This document shows, piece after piece, positions 1 through 8,931 of a stretch of 32,174 nucleotides of DNA (positions are counted from its first letter, which is position 1; each line of letters begins with the position of its first letter). The DNA is taken from positions 1 through 32,174 of IMG/VR virus record IMGVR_UViG_3300037785_000116; one strand, written 5' to 3'. The notes under the pieces were generated by a model. The model was given only the letters and a program-made list of their open reading frames with translations. It was not told the origin of the DNA and searched no databases. The stretch is from a virus (lineage: Duplodnaviria; Caudoviricetes). Made by a program: the position numbers and the translations under genes.

Positions 1-1254
1 ATGCCGAGCCAGATTGAGCTCTGGCCGATCGAACGCTTGCGGCCCTATGCGCGCAATGCGCGCCTCCATAGCGACCACCAGGTGGCCGTGCTCGCCGCAA
101 ACATGCTTACGTTCGGCTGGACCATGCCGTGCATGATCTCGGACGAAGGCGAGCTCATCTCCGGCCATGGACGCATCTTGGCCGCGACCAAGCTCGGTCT
201 GAGCAAGATCCCCGTCATGCGCATGTCGCACCTCGATGAAGACAAGCGCCGTGCCTTGCGTCTGTCCGACAACAGCATCACGGACATGGCGACATGGGAT
301 GAGCCCAATTTGGGTTTGGAAATAATCGACCTGCAGACACTGGGCTTTGACATGGACCTTCTGGGGTTTTCACCAGAGTTCCTCGAGAACCTGTTGCGGG
401 CGGCGCAGGGCCTTGATGAGACGGACGAGCGATCGACTGAGGGCGAAGATGATATCCCAGAGCCCCCAGCGACACCTGTGTCAGTTGCAGGTGATCTTTG
501 GGAACTCGGACCCCATCGGCTGATCTGCGGTGACAGCACCAGCGCCGATGTGGTTGGGCGCCTCCTGGGCAGCGTCAAACCACTCCTCATGGTGACCGAC
601 CCGCCCTACGGCGTGGAATACGATCCCTCATGGCGCAACCAAGCAGGCGCGGCCAAGACCAAGCGAACGGGCACGGTCCTGAATGACGACCGCGCGGACT
701 GGCGCGAGGCCTGGTCCCTCTTTCCCGGCGACGTAGCTTATATCTGGCATGGCGCGCTCCACGCAGCGACTGTGGCCGACAGCCTGATCGCTGCAGGCTT
801 CGCCATCCGCTCCCAGATCATTTGGGCAAAAGATCGGCTGGTGCTCAGCCGCGGCGACTATCACTGGCAGCATGAGCCCTGCTGGTATGCGGTGCGCGCC
901 AAGGGCAAGGGCCACTGGGCCGGCGATCGCAAGCAGACCACGCTTTGGCAGATTGCCAACAAGGACCAGGATGCAGCCACGGTTCATGGGACGCAGAAAC
1001 CTGTCGAATGCATGCGCCGCCCAATCCTGAACAACTCAAGCCCCGGCCAGGCGATCTATGAACCCTTCATGGGGTCGGGCACCACGCTCATCGCGGCGGA
1101 GAGCACTGGGCGGATCTGCTACGGGGTGGAACTCAATCCCGTCTACGTCGATGTCGCCATCGAGCGCTGGCAGGCCTTCACCGGCAAAGAGGCCATTCTA
1201 GCGGACAGTGGCGAGGGTTTTGCGGCGCTCAAATCCAAGCGGTTGGCGGCGTGA
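1..1254 (+). CDS. ParB-like N-terminal domain fused to an N6-adenine/N4-cytosine DNA methyltransferase
   Basis: N-terminal 'LRPYARNARLH...ISGHGRILAA...DN' is ParB/Srx-like. Catalytic motif IV 'TDPPY' precedes 'HGTQKP' and SAM-binding motif I 'EPFMGSGTT' (beta-class order). Confidence 0.9.
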   Translation: MPSQIELWPIERLRPYARNARLHSDHQVAVLAANMLTFGWTMPCMISDEGELISGHGRILAATKLGLSKIPVMRMSHLDEDKRRALRLSDNSITDMATWDEPNLGLEIIDLQTLGFDMDLLGFSPEFLENLLRAAQGLDETDERSTEGEDDIPEPPATPVSVAGDLWELGPHRLICGDSTSADVVGRLLGSVKPLLMVTDPPYGVEYDPSWRNQAGAAKTKRTGTVLNDDRADWREAWSLFPGDVAYIWHGALHAATVADSLIAAGFAIRSQIIWAKDRLVLSRGDYHWQHEPCWYAVRAKGKGHWAGDRKQTTLWQIANKDQDAATVHGTQKPVECMRRPILNNSSPGQAIYEPFMGSGTTLIAAESTGRICYGVELNPVYVDVAIERWQAFTGKEAILADSGEGFAALKSKRLAA

Positions 1255-1487
1255 TGCAATCGCGCCGCTATTCACTGATCGAGGCGATCGCCAATGTCGT
1301 GGTGGGGTATGCGCTCGCCGTCATTACCCAGATCGTGGTGTTCCCATGGTTTGGGCTGCGGGTCAGTCTCGGCGACAACCTCGCGATCAGCGCCATGTTC
1401 GTGACGATCTCGCTTGCGCGCAGCTATGCGCTGCGCCGGCTATTCGAGCGCCTGTCCAAAAAAGAACCAGCCGAAGCTGGTCCTTAG
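1251..1487 (+). CDS. Small two-helix membrane protein, phage-associated, function unknown
   Basis: GTGA overlap with the methyltransferase stop. Two hydrophobic segments, then 'RSYALRRLFE'. Confidence 0.75.
   Translation: MMQSRRYSLIEAIANVVVGYALAVITQIVVFPWFGLRVSLGDNLAISAMFVTISLARSYALRRLFERLSKKEPAEAGP
1458..1481 (-). terminator. Intrinsic terminator for the leftward gene block
   Basis: Minus strand reads ACCAGC-TTCG-GCTGGT (C(UUCG)G loop) followed by a T-rich run. Confidence 0.7.
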
Positions 1488-1632
1488 GTTTTTGGGGGTA
1501 AGTCTGCGGGGGGACATCCGCAAACGAGCAGTAATCAGGCCGAAAGCCTGACCCCAAGGTCGGCGCTATGGTCACGATTCGCAACCTTTCATAAGAACTT
1601 ACGAAAACACCTGGCCAGACAGCGCGTTTCCA

Positions 1633-2211
1633 TCAGCGACTGATTTGGTAAATGCGTCCGCGCGTGGTGTCGGTCACGGTGGTGATGGAAAGCCCCAGCT
1701 TCTTCTTGAGCCCACCTGAGATCAGACCACGCGCACTGTGAGGCATCCAACCCGTCGCCTCGACGATCTCAGCAATGGACGCGCCCTCTGGTCGCTGAAT
1801 GAGTGCGATGATCTCCGCCTGCTTGGTACCAGCGCGTATGGCGACGGGCTGGGCTGTAGCAGTCTCGCGCGGCATTTCGACGGGCCCATCTGGCACCGTT
1901 GCCCGTTCTAGCTTTGCCTTGCGAAGATTGCGCATGGTACTTGCGACGACCGGCTCGATGCCGATCGCAGCAAGACCTGCTTCGGTGACAATCAGCGTGG
2001 TGCCGTGACCATCACCAGTCTCGCGCCAGAGGGGATCACTGCGACGCAGGTTGGCCTCGACCTCCTCGAGCCAGCCGTGCTCGATCATCTTGGCCACCGC
2101 CATCTTGGCAGCAGCGCCGGCCAAACCGTCTGGCAGAGGCATCGCCAGATTATCGGGGCGGGATGCGGCGCGGCTGAGGATGATGGCTTGGGTGTCGGTG
2201 AGCTTGGGCAT
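1633..2211 (-). CDS. DUF3489-like protein with a C-terminal winged-helix
   Basis: 'RAGTKQAEIIALIQRPEGASIAEIVEATGWMPHSARGLISGGLKKKLGL' matches the recalled DUF3489 pattern. AGGAGG RBS upstream. Confidence 0.8.
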   Translation of the reverse strand: MPKLTDTQAIILSRAASRPDNLAMPLPDGLAGAAAKMAVAKMIEHGWLEEVEANLRRSDPLWRETGDGHGTTLIVTEAGLAAIGIEPVVASTMRNLRKAKLERATVPDGPVEMPRETATAQPVAIRAGTKQAEIIALIQRPEGASIAEIVEATGWMPHSARGLISGGLKKKLGLSITTVTDTTRGRIYQISR

Positions 2212-2248
2212 CTCGGCCTCCTGTCGTGATGGGAATGTCGGGGTAGGG

Positions 2249-2650
2249 TCAATCGCTCTCGGCCATCGCGGCCGCGACGACGAAGTGCTGGACCCAACCC
2301 GTCAGGTAAGGCAGCCCTGCCGGGATACCTTCAGAGCGTTCTGTGGCACGGTCGATGCGCCAACCCTGCCAGCGGCGGATCGCAGCGGCGATGGCGGGCT
2401 CGAGACCGATATTGCAACCGGTCATGTTGCCGACGACATCGTTGGCGAAATGGCGGCCGATCCGGCTGTCGAGAAAGTCGCGGATGCCGATCATCTCGTC
2501 TTCGCTGCTGGCGCCTATGGCCTCGGCGATCAGGTGCGAGGCGAGCGTCCAGACCTCCGCGCTGCGGCGGTCGCGCTCTGGGCAGACGGTCAGGGTTCGG
2601 AAGAAGCCGTAATCCTCGTTGCGGCTGGGCAGGATGGGGTTCTTGGTCAT
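2249..2650 (-). CDS. Phage hypothetical protein (133 aa)
   Basis: Start reassigned to ATG 2650 (MTKNPILPSRNEDYGFF). Contains 'RDFLDSRIGRHFANDV'. Avoids overlap with the next gene. Confidence 0.7.
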   Translation of the reverse strand: MTKNPILPSRNEDYGFFRTLTVCPERDRRSAEVWTLASHLIAEAIGASSEDEMIGIRDFLDSRIGRHFANDVVGNMTGCNIGLEPAIAAAIRRWQGWRIDRATERSEGIPAGLPYLTGWVQHFVVAAAMAESD

Positions 2651-2675
2651 GGTCGGGATCCTAGTGATGGGCGCT

Positions 2676-2696
2676 GGCGGGGCGCTGAGCCCCGCC
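2676..2696. other. Intergenic GC-rich hairpin
   Basis: GGCGGGGC-GCTGA-GCCCCGCC, perfect 8-bp stem between two leftward genes, with no U-tract. Confidence 0.5.
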
Positions 2697-2705
2697 GGTT
2701 CATGC

Positions 2706-3053
2706 TCAGGCGGCGCTGAGGGCTTCGAGCGTGGTGATGTGGCGGCGGAGCGTGGCGGCTTCCTCGCGCGCAGCGTCTGCCCAGAAGAAGGCGCGGGCAT
2801 CACAGGCAGCTGCAAGGCGCTCAGCGTCCTCGCGGTTGAAGCGGTTGACCTTGTGCGCGCGACCATGGCCCGTGCAGGTGGCCCGGGTCGCTGTCCCCTC
2901 GCGCGTCAGCTCGAATTTTAGGGGGCCGAAGTCGTCGATGACGATCCAGTTGTGCGAGGCGATCGTGGCGCAGGCGCTGGGCGCGAGGAGGGATTCGATC
3001 TCTTCAGCGGAGGTGCGGAAGTCGGCGATCAGGGCGGCGGTCGGGTTGGTCAT
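2706..3053 (-). CDS. Hypothetical protein (115 aa)
   Basis: Start set at ATG 3053 (MTNPTAAL) after GAAAGG. Tiles with neighbouring leftward genes. Confidence 0.7.
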   Translation of the reverse strand: MTNPTAALIADFRTSAEEIESLLAPSACATIASHNWIVIDDFGPLKFELTREGTATRATCTGHGRAHKVNRFNREDAERLAAACDARAFFWADAAREEAATLRRHITTLEALSAA

Positions 3054-3155
3054 GGCTTGGGCCTTTCTGGTGAGTTGCATCGTTTTGGTGCGATGACATT
3101 CGCTCTGAAGGGCCAGATGTCGTAGAGAATTAGGTGCAATTTCATTGCTTTATGA

Positions 3156-3440
3156 TCACTCGGGAGAGGTCGTCGCATCAACCCACGCCCCATCCTGCCA
3201 GATATAGAGATGGGACAGTTCGCAGGTCGGGCGCGGCAAGATGCGGGGCACGCGGGGCGGATCGAAGCAGTCCAGCGCCTCGGCAGTGACCTGCCGGATT
3301 TCGCGGGCGGCGAGGATGTCCTCGGGCGTCCATGCAGCAAGCGCTGGCAGCATGTGATCAGGGTAGCCGTCGAAATGGCAGTAAACATGGGCCCATTCCT
3401 CGGGCCCGATCTGGATGGCGATCTGTGCGCGCGTGCTCAT
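3156..3440 (-). CDS. Phage hypothetical protein with MSTR...YCHxDGYP motif
   Basis: 94-aa ORF 'MSTRAQIAIQ...VYCHFDGYP', a pattern recalled from small phage proteins. Confidence 0.75.
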   Translation of the reverse strand: MSTRAQIAIQIGPEEWAHVYCHFDGYPDHMLPALAAWTPEDILAAREIRQVTAEALDCFDPPRVPRILPRPTCELSHLYIWQDGAWVDATTSPE

Positions 3441-3450
3441 GGTGGCCCGC

Positions 3451-3669
3451 TCAGATCAGCTGGAGGCTCGCCAGCAGGGAGCTGGCAGCGGCAAGCTGGG
3501 TGGTCGGCAGTTCAATCTTGATGTGCGAAATCACGTCGGAGGCGTCGGCAGTGATCCCCGCGTCACGCAGCTCGGCCTCAATGACCCCGGCGACGGCATC
3601 AGGGCGCGAGCGTTCGAGATACGTGGGCAGCGCGGCGTAGTCGATGCGGATGGTGGTTATAGCGGTCAT
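3451..3669 (-). CDS. Hypothetical protein (72 aa)
   Basis: AAGGA RBS. Tiles with 10-12 nt gaps between neighbours. Confidence 0.7.
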   Translation of the reverse strand: MTAITTIRIDYAALPTYLERSRPDAVAGVIEAELRDAGITADASDVISHIKIELPTTQLAAASSLLASLQLI

Positions 3670-3681
3670 GTTCAGGTCCTT

Positions 3682-3891
3682 TCAGGGTTGGGTCTCGGCA
3701 GGGCCAGCGCGGCAACCTGCCTCAAAGGCCGCCTCAAGAGCCGAACGGATTGCCCAGACAGCGACATCGTGAAAATCGAGTCGGTCCCAATTCCGGGTCT
3801 CGAGGGTTTCAAGGAAAAGGTGGCGCTCGGCGATCTCCAGCAGCAGGGCATCGCGGGCGGTGTTGGGATCAACGGGCTTGCGGCGTGCCAT
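3682..3891 (-). CDS. DUF6900-like small protein (69 aa)
   Basis: Start reassigned to ATG 3891. 'IAERHLFLETLETRNWDRLDFHDVAVWAIRSALEAAFEAG' matches the recalled DUF6900 pattern. GGAGG RBS. Confidence 0.8.
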   Translation of the reverse strand: MARRKPVDPNTARDALLLEIAERHLFLETLETRNWDRLDFHDVAVWAIRSALEAAFEAGCRAGPAETQP

Positions 3892-3893
3892 AG

Positions 3894-4112
3894 TCAGTCC
3901 TCCCAGCGGTGTTCGGGGTGGGTGGTCCGCGCGCGGGCTTCCTCGCGCATCATCTCGTGGGCCTTGGCCATCTCGACCATCCCGTCGGCTTCGCTCATGC
4001 GTCCCGACATCACTTCGTCCATCACCCAGTTCACCCGTTCCTGGGCGGGGCTGGTGTGATCCCGCCACCCTTCGCTCATCGAGCTGTGACCCATCTTCTC
4101 CTGCGCGCGCAT
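3894..4112 (-). CDS. Met-rich hypothetical protein (72 aa)
   Basis: ATG 4112 preceded by GGAGAG. Stop lies 2 nt before the next start. Alternative start at 4079. Confidence 0.6.
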   Translation of the reverse strand: MRAQEKMGHSSMSEGWRDHTSPAQERVNWVMDEVMSGRMSEADGMVEMAKAHEMMREEARARTTHPEHRWED

Positions 4113-4251
4113 GGCTCTCTCCGATCCGTGTTTGCAGGGCGCGATGCACCCGTTTTCTGGAGCCATGAATCACTCGATCAGGGAGTGTAATCAACTCAAA
4201 TAAATCGTTTTTCCCGTTTATTTCCAATATGTTGAGGACAGTCCAAACGCC

Positions 4252-4821
4252 ATGGAAGGTATGTCCGAACGCGCCTATGCCGAGCATGCCGGCCTCTCGC
4301 GCGGGGCCGTGCAAAAGGCGCGCAAGAATGGTCGGTTGGTGCTGTTCGCAGACGGCTCGATCAACGCGGCCGCCTCGGATGCACGGCGGGGCGCAATGAC
4401 GGATCCGGACCAGCAGATGCGGTCGAGGGGCGGTGCTGGCGCAGGGGGAGATGGTCATGGAGTTGGCGGCAGTGCTGTAGCCGGTCCCGGCGACAGCACG
4501 TCCTATATCAAGGCCCGCACAGCGCTGACCGTTTACCAGGCGCAGGAACGCCAGCTCTCGATCCAAAAGAAGAAGGGCGTGCTGGTGGACCGCGCGCGCG
4601 CCGAGACGCTGGTGTTCCGCCTCGCGCGCCAGGAGCGCGACACTTGGGTCACCTGGCCCACCCGCGTGGCAGCACTCATGGCCGCGCAGTTATCCGCAGA
4701 GATGGAGAAGGCATCGGGCAGACCCATGACAATCGAGACTGCGATCTTACAGAGGGTGCTGGAAACCCATGTCCGAGAGCAGCTCGACGCCCTGGCCGAC
4801 CTCAGGGTCTCGCTTGCATGA
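4252..4821 (+). CDS. Putative terminase small subunit (Nu1-like)
   Basis: N-terminal HTH-like 'MSERAYAEHAGLSRGAVQKARKNGRL', helical C-terminus with 'GVLVDRARAE', immediately upstream of the large subunit. Confidence 0.75.
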   Translation: MEGMSERAYAEHAGLSRGAVQKARKNGRLVLFADGSINAAASDARRGAMTDPDQQMRSRGGAGAGGDGHGVGGSAVAGPGDSTSYIKARTALTVYQAQERQLSIQKKKGVLVDRARAETLVFRLARQERDTWVTWPTRVAALMAAQLSAEMEKASGRPMTIETAILQRVLETHVREQLDALADLRVSLA

Positions 4822-6814
4822 CAGGGAAGGAGAAGATGACCACGACCTTACGGTCGGCCTTGATCTCGGGTTTGACGGTGCCCAGGACATCTTGCGTGCC
4901 TGGCGCCGGGGCACCCGGCCTGATGCCGACCTCACAGTGTCAGAGTGGGCAGACAAGCATCGCTGGCTGTCGTCGCGCGCGGCAGCAGAACCAGGTCGGT
5001 ATCGCACGGCGCGCGCGCCCTATCTGCGCGAGATCATGGATGCGCTGTCGCCAAACCACCCGGCGCAGCGCATCAGCTTCATGAAGGCCGCGCAGGTTGG
5101 GGCCACGGAGGCTGGCAACAACTGGATCGGCTTCGTGATCCACCATGCGCCCGGCCCCATGCTGGCGGTGCTGCCCACCGTGGAGATGGCCAAGCGCACC
5201 TCGCGCGGTCGGATCGATCCGCTGATCGAGGACAGCCCGGCGCTGAAGGAGCGCGTTCAGCCGGCGCGCTCGCGTGATGCGGGCAATTCGATGCTGTCGA
5301 AAGAGTTCCCCGGCGGCATTCTGGTGCTGACCGGTGCGAACTCGGCCACGGGCCTGCGGTCGATGCCTGCGCGCTACGTGTTTCTGGACGAGGTCGATGC
5401 CTATCCGGCGTCAGCCGACGAGGAAGGCGATCCGGTCAGCCTGGCAGAAGCACGAACCACGACCTTTGCGCATCGACGCAAAGTGTTCATGGTCTCGACC
5501 CCGACCATCCGGGGTCTCTCGCGCATCGAGCGCGAGTTCGAGGCTAGCGATCAGCGGCGGTATTTCGTACCCTGCCCGCATTGCGGTCATATGCAATGGC
5601 TGCAGTTTGAACGGCTGCGCTGGGCGAAGGAAAAACCGCAAACGGCTGCATATCACTGCGCAGGCTGCGAGCGTCCCATCGCCGAGCACCACAAGACGCA
5701 GATGCTCGAGCGTGGTGAATGGAGGGCCACCGCGACCAGTTCTGACCCGAACGCGATCGGCTTTCACCTCTCGGCGCTTTATTCGCCAATCGGCTGGAAA
5801 AGCTGGGAACAGATCGCGCGGGACTGGCTGGCAGCGCAGGGCTCGGACGAAATGCTGCGCGCGGCGCGCAACACGCTCCTGGGCGAGACCTGGGTCGAGA
5901 GCGGCGATGCGCCGGAATGGCAGCGGCTTGCCGATCGTCGCGAGGCCTTCGCTGCGCAGATCCCGATGGATGGGCTGTTCCTGACCGCCGGGGCCGATGT
6001 GCAGAAGGACCGCATCGAGATCGATGTTTGGGCCTGGGGTCGTGGTCTCGAAAGCTGGCTCGTGGATCACATCGTGATCCCGGGCGGGCCGGATGACCCG
6101 GCCTGCTGGGAGAGGCTGACCGCCCTCTTAGGCCAGACATGGCAACATGAGAACGGCGCGTTCATGACGCTGGCGAAGCTGGCGATCGACACGGGCTACG
6201 AGTCCGCCGCAGTCTATGCCTGGGCGCGCAAGCAGGGCATTGCTCAGGTGGCACCGGTGAAGGGGCTTGAAGGCTTCAACCGCGCAACACCGGTATCGGG
6301 GCCGACCTTCGTCGATGCCACAGTGAACGGACGGAAGCTGAAGCGCGGGGCGCGGCTCTGGACGGTGGCCACGGCCACCTTCAAGGCGGAGACCTATCGG
6401 TATCTGCGGATCGAACGGCTCACAGATGAGGATCGCGCTCAAGGGACCCCCAATCCGGCGGGCCTGATCCACCTGCCCGACTGGGCTGACAGCGAATGGC
6501 TGAAGCAGCTCGTGGCCGAGCAACTGGTGACGATCCGTGATCGCCGTGGCTACGCCCGCCAGGAATGGCAGAAAATGCGCGAGCGGAACGAGGCGCTGGA
6601 CACACGGATCTATGCGCGGGCCGCAGCCTGGATCCTCGGCGCCGACCGCTTTGACGAACGGACGTGGCGTCAGTTGGAGAAACAGGCCGGCGTGGAAACG
6701 GCTATCAAAGCCCTGGGTACTGAGCCCGAGAAACCGACCGAACCTCAGGCGGGGCGGATTGCAACGCCCCGGCGGCGCGGCTGGAAGATCAGCACGCCAA
6801 AATACATGGAATAA
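4814..6814 (+). CDS. Terminase large subunit, lambda GpA family (start uncertain; frame open from 4769)
   Basis: Walker A variant 'KAAQVGATE', Walker B 'VFLDEVD', 'STPT', Zn motifs CPHC/CAGC, nuclease 'GADVQ' and 'RNEALD'. Confidence 0.95.
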   Translation: MHDREGEDDHDLTVGLDLGFDGAQDILRAWRRGTRPDADLTVSEWADKHRWLSSRAAAEPGRYRTARAPYLREIMDALSPNHPAQRISFMKAAQVGATEAGNNWIGFVIHHAPGPMLAVLPTVEMAKRTSRGRIDPLIEDSPALKERVQPARSRDAGNSMLSKEFPGGILVLTGANSATGLRSMPARYVFLDEVDAYPASADEEGDPVSLAEARTTTFAHRRKVFMVSTPTIRGLSRIEREFEASDQRRYFVPCPHCGHMQWLQFERLRWAKEKPQTAAYHCAGCERPIAEHHKTQMLERGEWRATATSSDPNAIGFHLSALYSPIGWKSWEQIARDWLAAQGSDEMLRAARNTLLGETWVESGDAPEWQRLADRREAFAAQIPMDGLFLTAGADVQKDRIEIDVWAWGRGLESWLVDHIVIPGGPDDPACWERLTALLGQTWQHENGAFMTLAKLAIDTGYESAAVYAWARKQGIAQVAPVKGLEGFNRATPVSGPTFVDATVNGRKLKRGARLWTVATATFKAETYRYLRIERLTDEDRAQGTPNPAGLIHLPDWADSEWLKQLVAEQLVTIRDRRGYARQEWQKMRERNEALDTRIYARAAAWILGADRFDERTWRQLEKQAGVETAIKALGTEPEKPTEPQAGRIATPRRRGWKISTPKYME

Positions 6815-6817
6815 GTG

Positions 6818-7027
6818 ATGACCCTCGACGATCTGAAACTCCGCCACAGCGCGCTCTTGACCGCGCGCTACAGCGGCACACGGTCTGTGAGCTATGACGG
6901 CAAGACGGTGAATTACGGCACCGACACCGAGCTTGCCGCGGCCATAGGCGATGTCGAACGGCGCATTGCGAAACTCGAGCGCGGCGCTGGGCGTGTGCTC
7001 CGCTCATATGCTGTGAAGAACCTGTGA
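6818..7027 (+). CDS. gpW-like head-tail joining protein
   Basis: About 69 aa between terminase and portal, 'SGTRSVSYDGKTVNY' beta-hairpin. Confidence 0.8.
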   Translation: MTLDDLKLRHSALLTARYSGTRSVSYDGKTVNYGTDTELAAAIGDVERRIAKLERGAGRVLRSYAVKNL

Positions 7028-8529
7028 TGGGCGGCGCCATGAACTGGCGTCAGCGCCTCGGGGCTTTCATCGGCGGGTTTGATGCCGGTCAGCACCACCG
7101 ACGCCTGCGGGGGTTCCAAGCGACACGCGCGCATGTGAATGCCCTCATTGCGGCCTCCGGGCCCGACATCACCGCCCGCGCCCGCTGGCTCGTGCGCAAC
7201 AATGGCTATGCCGTGAACGCGGTCGAAAGCTGGGCCGCCAACACCGTCGGCAATGGCATCAAGCCAATCTCGAAACTCGCCGATGCCGCTCGGAAAGAAG
7301 AGCTACAGCGGCTTTGGCTCGCTTGGACGGATGAGGCCGATGCCGAGGGGCTAACGGATTTCTACGGGCTGCAGCGCCGGGCGGCGCGCGAGGTGTTCCT
7401 GGCAGGCGAGGTCTTTATCCGGATCCGGCCACGGCGGGTCGAGGATGGGCTGACGGTACCGCTCCAACTCCAGATGCTGCCTTCGGAAATGCTGCCGCTG
7501 CATGAAACCGGTGTCGCGCGGAATGGTAACGCGATCCGCCAGGGGATCGAGTTCGACCGGATCGGAAGGCGCGTCGCCTATCACTTTTTGCGCCGACATC
7601 CCGGCGACAGCACCGACCCCGGGCTCTCTGGCGAAATCGTGCGGGTTCCCGCCAGCGAAGTGATCCATGTCATTGATCCGGTCGAGGGTGGCCAACTGCG
7701 CGGTGTGTCGAAACTGGCCCCTGCGATCGTGAAGCTCTTCCTGCTAGATCAATACGACGACGCCGAACTCGACCGAAAGAAGGTCGCGGCAATGTACGCG
7801 ATGTTCGTGACCTCCCCTGCCCCGGAGAACCCGCTGGCACCTTTGGACGACGAGGAAATGCCGGCAAGCGTCGAGATTAGCCCCGGTCAAATCGTGCGGC
7901 TGGATCCGGGTGAAGATGTGACGGTTGGCCAGCCTGCCGACAGCGGCGCGACCTATGAGCCGTTCCAGTACAGGACGCTGCTGCAAATCTCAGCAGCGCT
8001 CGGGATCCCCTACCCCTATCTCGCCAATGATATGGTGAAGGGGAACTTCTCGAACTCGCGCCTGGCGCTGATCGAGTTCCGCCGCCGGGTCTCAGCCTGG
8101 CAGCATTCGGTGATGGTCTACCAGCTCTGCCGACCGGTCTACGCGCGCTGGCTGGACCTGGCGGTGCTCTCAGGCGCGCTGGCCTTGCCCGGCTATGAGG
8201 CGGATCGCCCGCGCATGCTGGCCGCCGACTGGCTGCCGACGAAATGGGACTGGGTCGATCCGCTGAAAGACGCCAATGCCGAGATCGCCCAGATCGAGGC
8301 GGGGCTCAAATCCCGAACGCAAGCCATCGCCGAGCGCGGCTATGACGCCGAGCAAGTTGATCGCGAGATCGCAGCTGAACGGGAGCGCGAGCGCGCGCTG
8401 GGCCTCGATTTCCGGCGGCCGGGATCGCCTGCGCAAGGGGTGCAGGCTGTTCCGATCGAGGAGGAGGACGTCGAAACCAAGGATCCTGATCGCGAGGAGC
8501 GGCCTATCACAGCACCAGAGGAAGGATAG
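7027..8529 (+). CDS. Portal protein, lambda family
   Basis: About 500 aa with 'RARWLVRNN', 'GIEFD', 'GQLRG', 'NFSNSR', 'WVDPLKD'. TGATG overlap with gpW (alternative ATG 7039). Confidence 0.95.
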   Translation: MGGAMNWRQRLGAFIGGFDAGQHHRRLRGFQATRAHVNALIAASGPDITARARWLVRNNGYAVNAVESWAANTVGNGIKPISKLADAARKEELQRLWLAWTDEADAEGLTDFYGLQRRAAREVFLAGEVFIRIRPRRVEDGLTVPLQLQMLPSEMLPLHETGVARNGNAIRQGIEFDRIGRRVAYHFLRRHPGDSTDPGLSGEIVRVPASEVIHVIDPVEGGQLRGVSKLAPAIVKLFLLDQYDDAELDRKKVAAMYAMFVTSPAPENPLAPLDDEEMPASVEISPGQIVRLDPGEDVTVGQPADSGATYEPFQYRTLLQISAALGIPYPYLANDMVKGNFSNSRLALIEFRRRVSAWQHSVMVYQLCRPVYARWLDLAVLSGALALPGYEADRPRMLAADWLPTKWDWVDPLKDANAEIAQIEAGLKSRTQAIAERGYDAEQVDREIAAERERERALGLDFRRPGSPAQGVQAVPIEEEDVETKDPDREERPITAPEEG

Positions 8530-8532
8530 ACG

Positions 8533-8931
8533 TCAGTCACCCAGCAGGCGAACGCCCGGAAGTCTTGCCGCCTTGCGATCGAAGGTCACCAGTTCGGCGG
8601 CACCTGCGCGCCGGGCCGCGGCGGCAATCATCAGGTCGGCAAAGCCAAAACCGTCATTGCGGTAGAGTTCGAGCGCCGGAGCAACCTCGTCGGAGCCTTC
8701 GATGTTCAGCTCGGTTGCCAAAAGCAACCCGTCGAGGGCAGCGGCGATTTCAGCGCGGCCGAGCCGATAGGCACGCTCAAGCACCCAAACGAGCTCTATC
8801 AAGACCTCGCGGCTGACAAAGCCCTGCGCCTCGTCCGTCAATTGGTCGATCACCTTCGTGGCCGCCTGCGCCTGCAACGGGTCGTCCTGCACGAGAAAGC
8901 GGACCAAAACATTTGTATCGAGCGCGATCAC
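8533..8931 (-). CDS. vapC: PIN-domain toxin (VapC family)
   Basis: 'MIALDTNVLVR', conserved E, 'FADLMI', 'TFD' acidic PIN residues. Overlaps the antitoxin stop. Confidence 0.9.
   Translation of the reverse strand: MIALDTNVLVRFLVQDDPLQAQAATKVIDQLTDEAQGFVSREVLIELVWVLERAYRLGRAEIAAALDGLLLATELNIEGSDEVAPALELYRNDGFGFADLMIAAAARRAGAAELVTFDRKAARLPGVRLLGD

Noticed and set aside
1490-1560. Self-cleaving ribozyme or known riboswitch
   Set aside because: Hammerhead (CUGANGA), twister and c-di-GMP-I core sequences were not matched. Kept only as a generic structured-RNA candidate.
4180-4251. cos site or IHF site upstream of the small terminase gene
   Set aside because: AT-rich and well placed, but AATCAACTCAAAT lacks the TTR of the IHF consensus and no cos symmetry could be shown.
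3892-4566. Long 294-aa version of ORF 3682..4566
   Set aside because: Overlaps the small terminase gene and another ORF. Only the last 69 aa look like a real protein and have an RBS.
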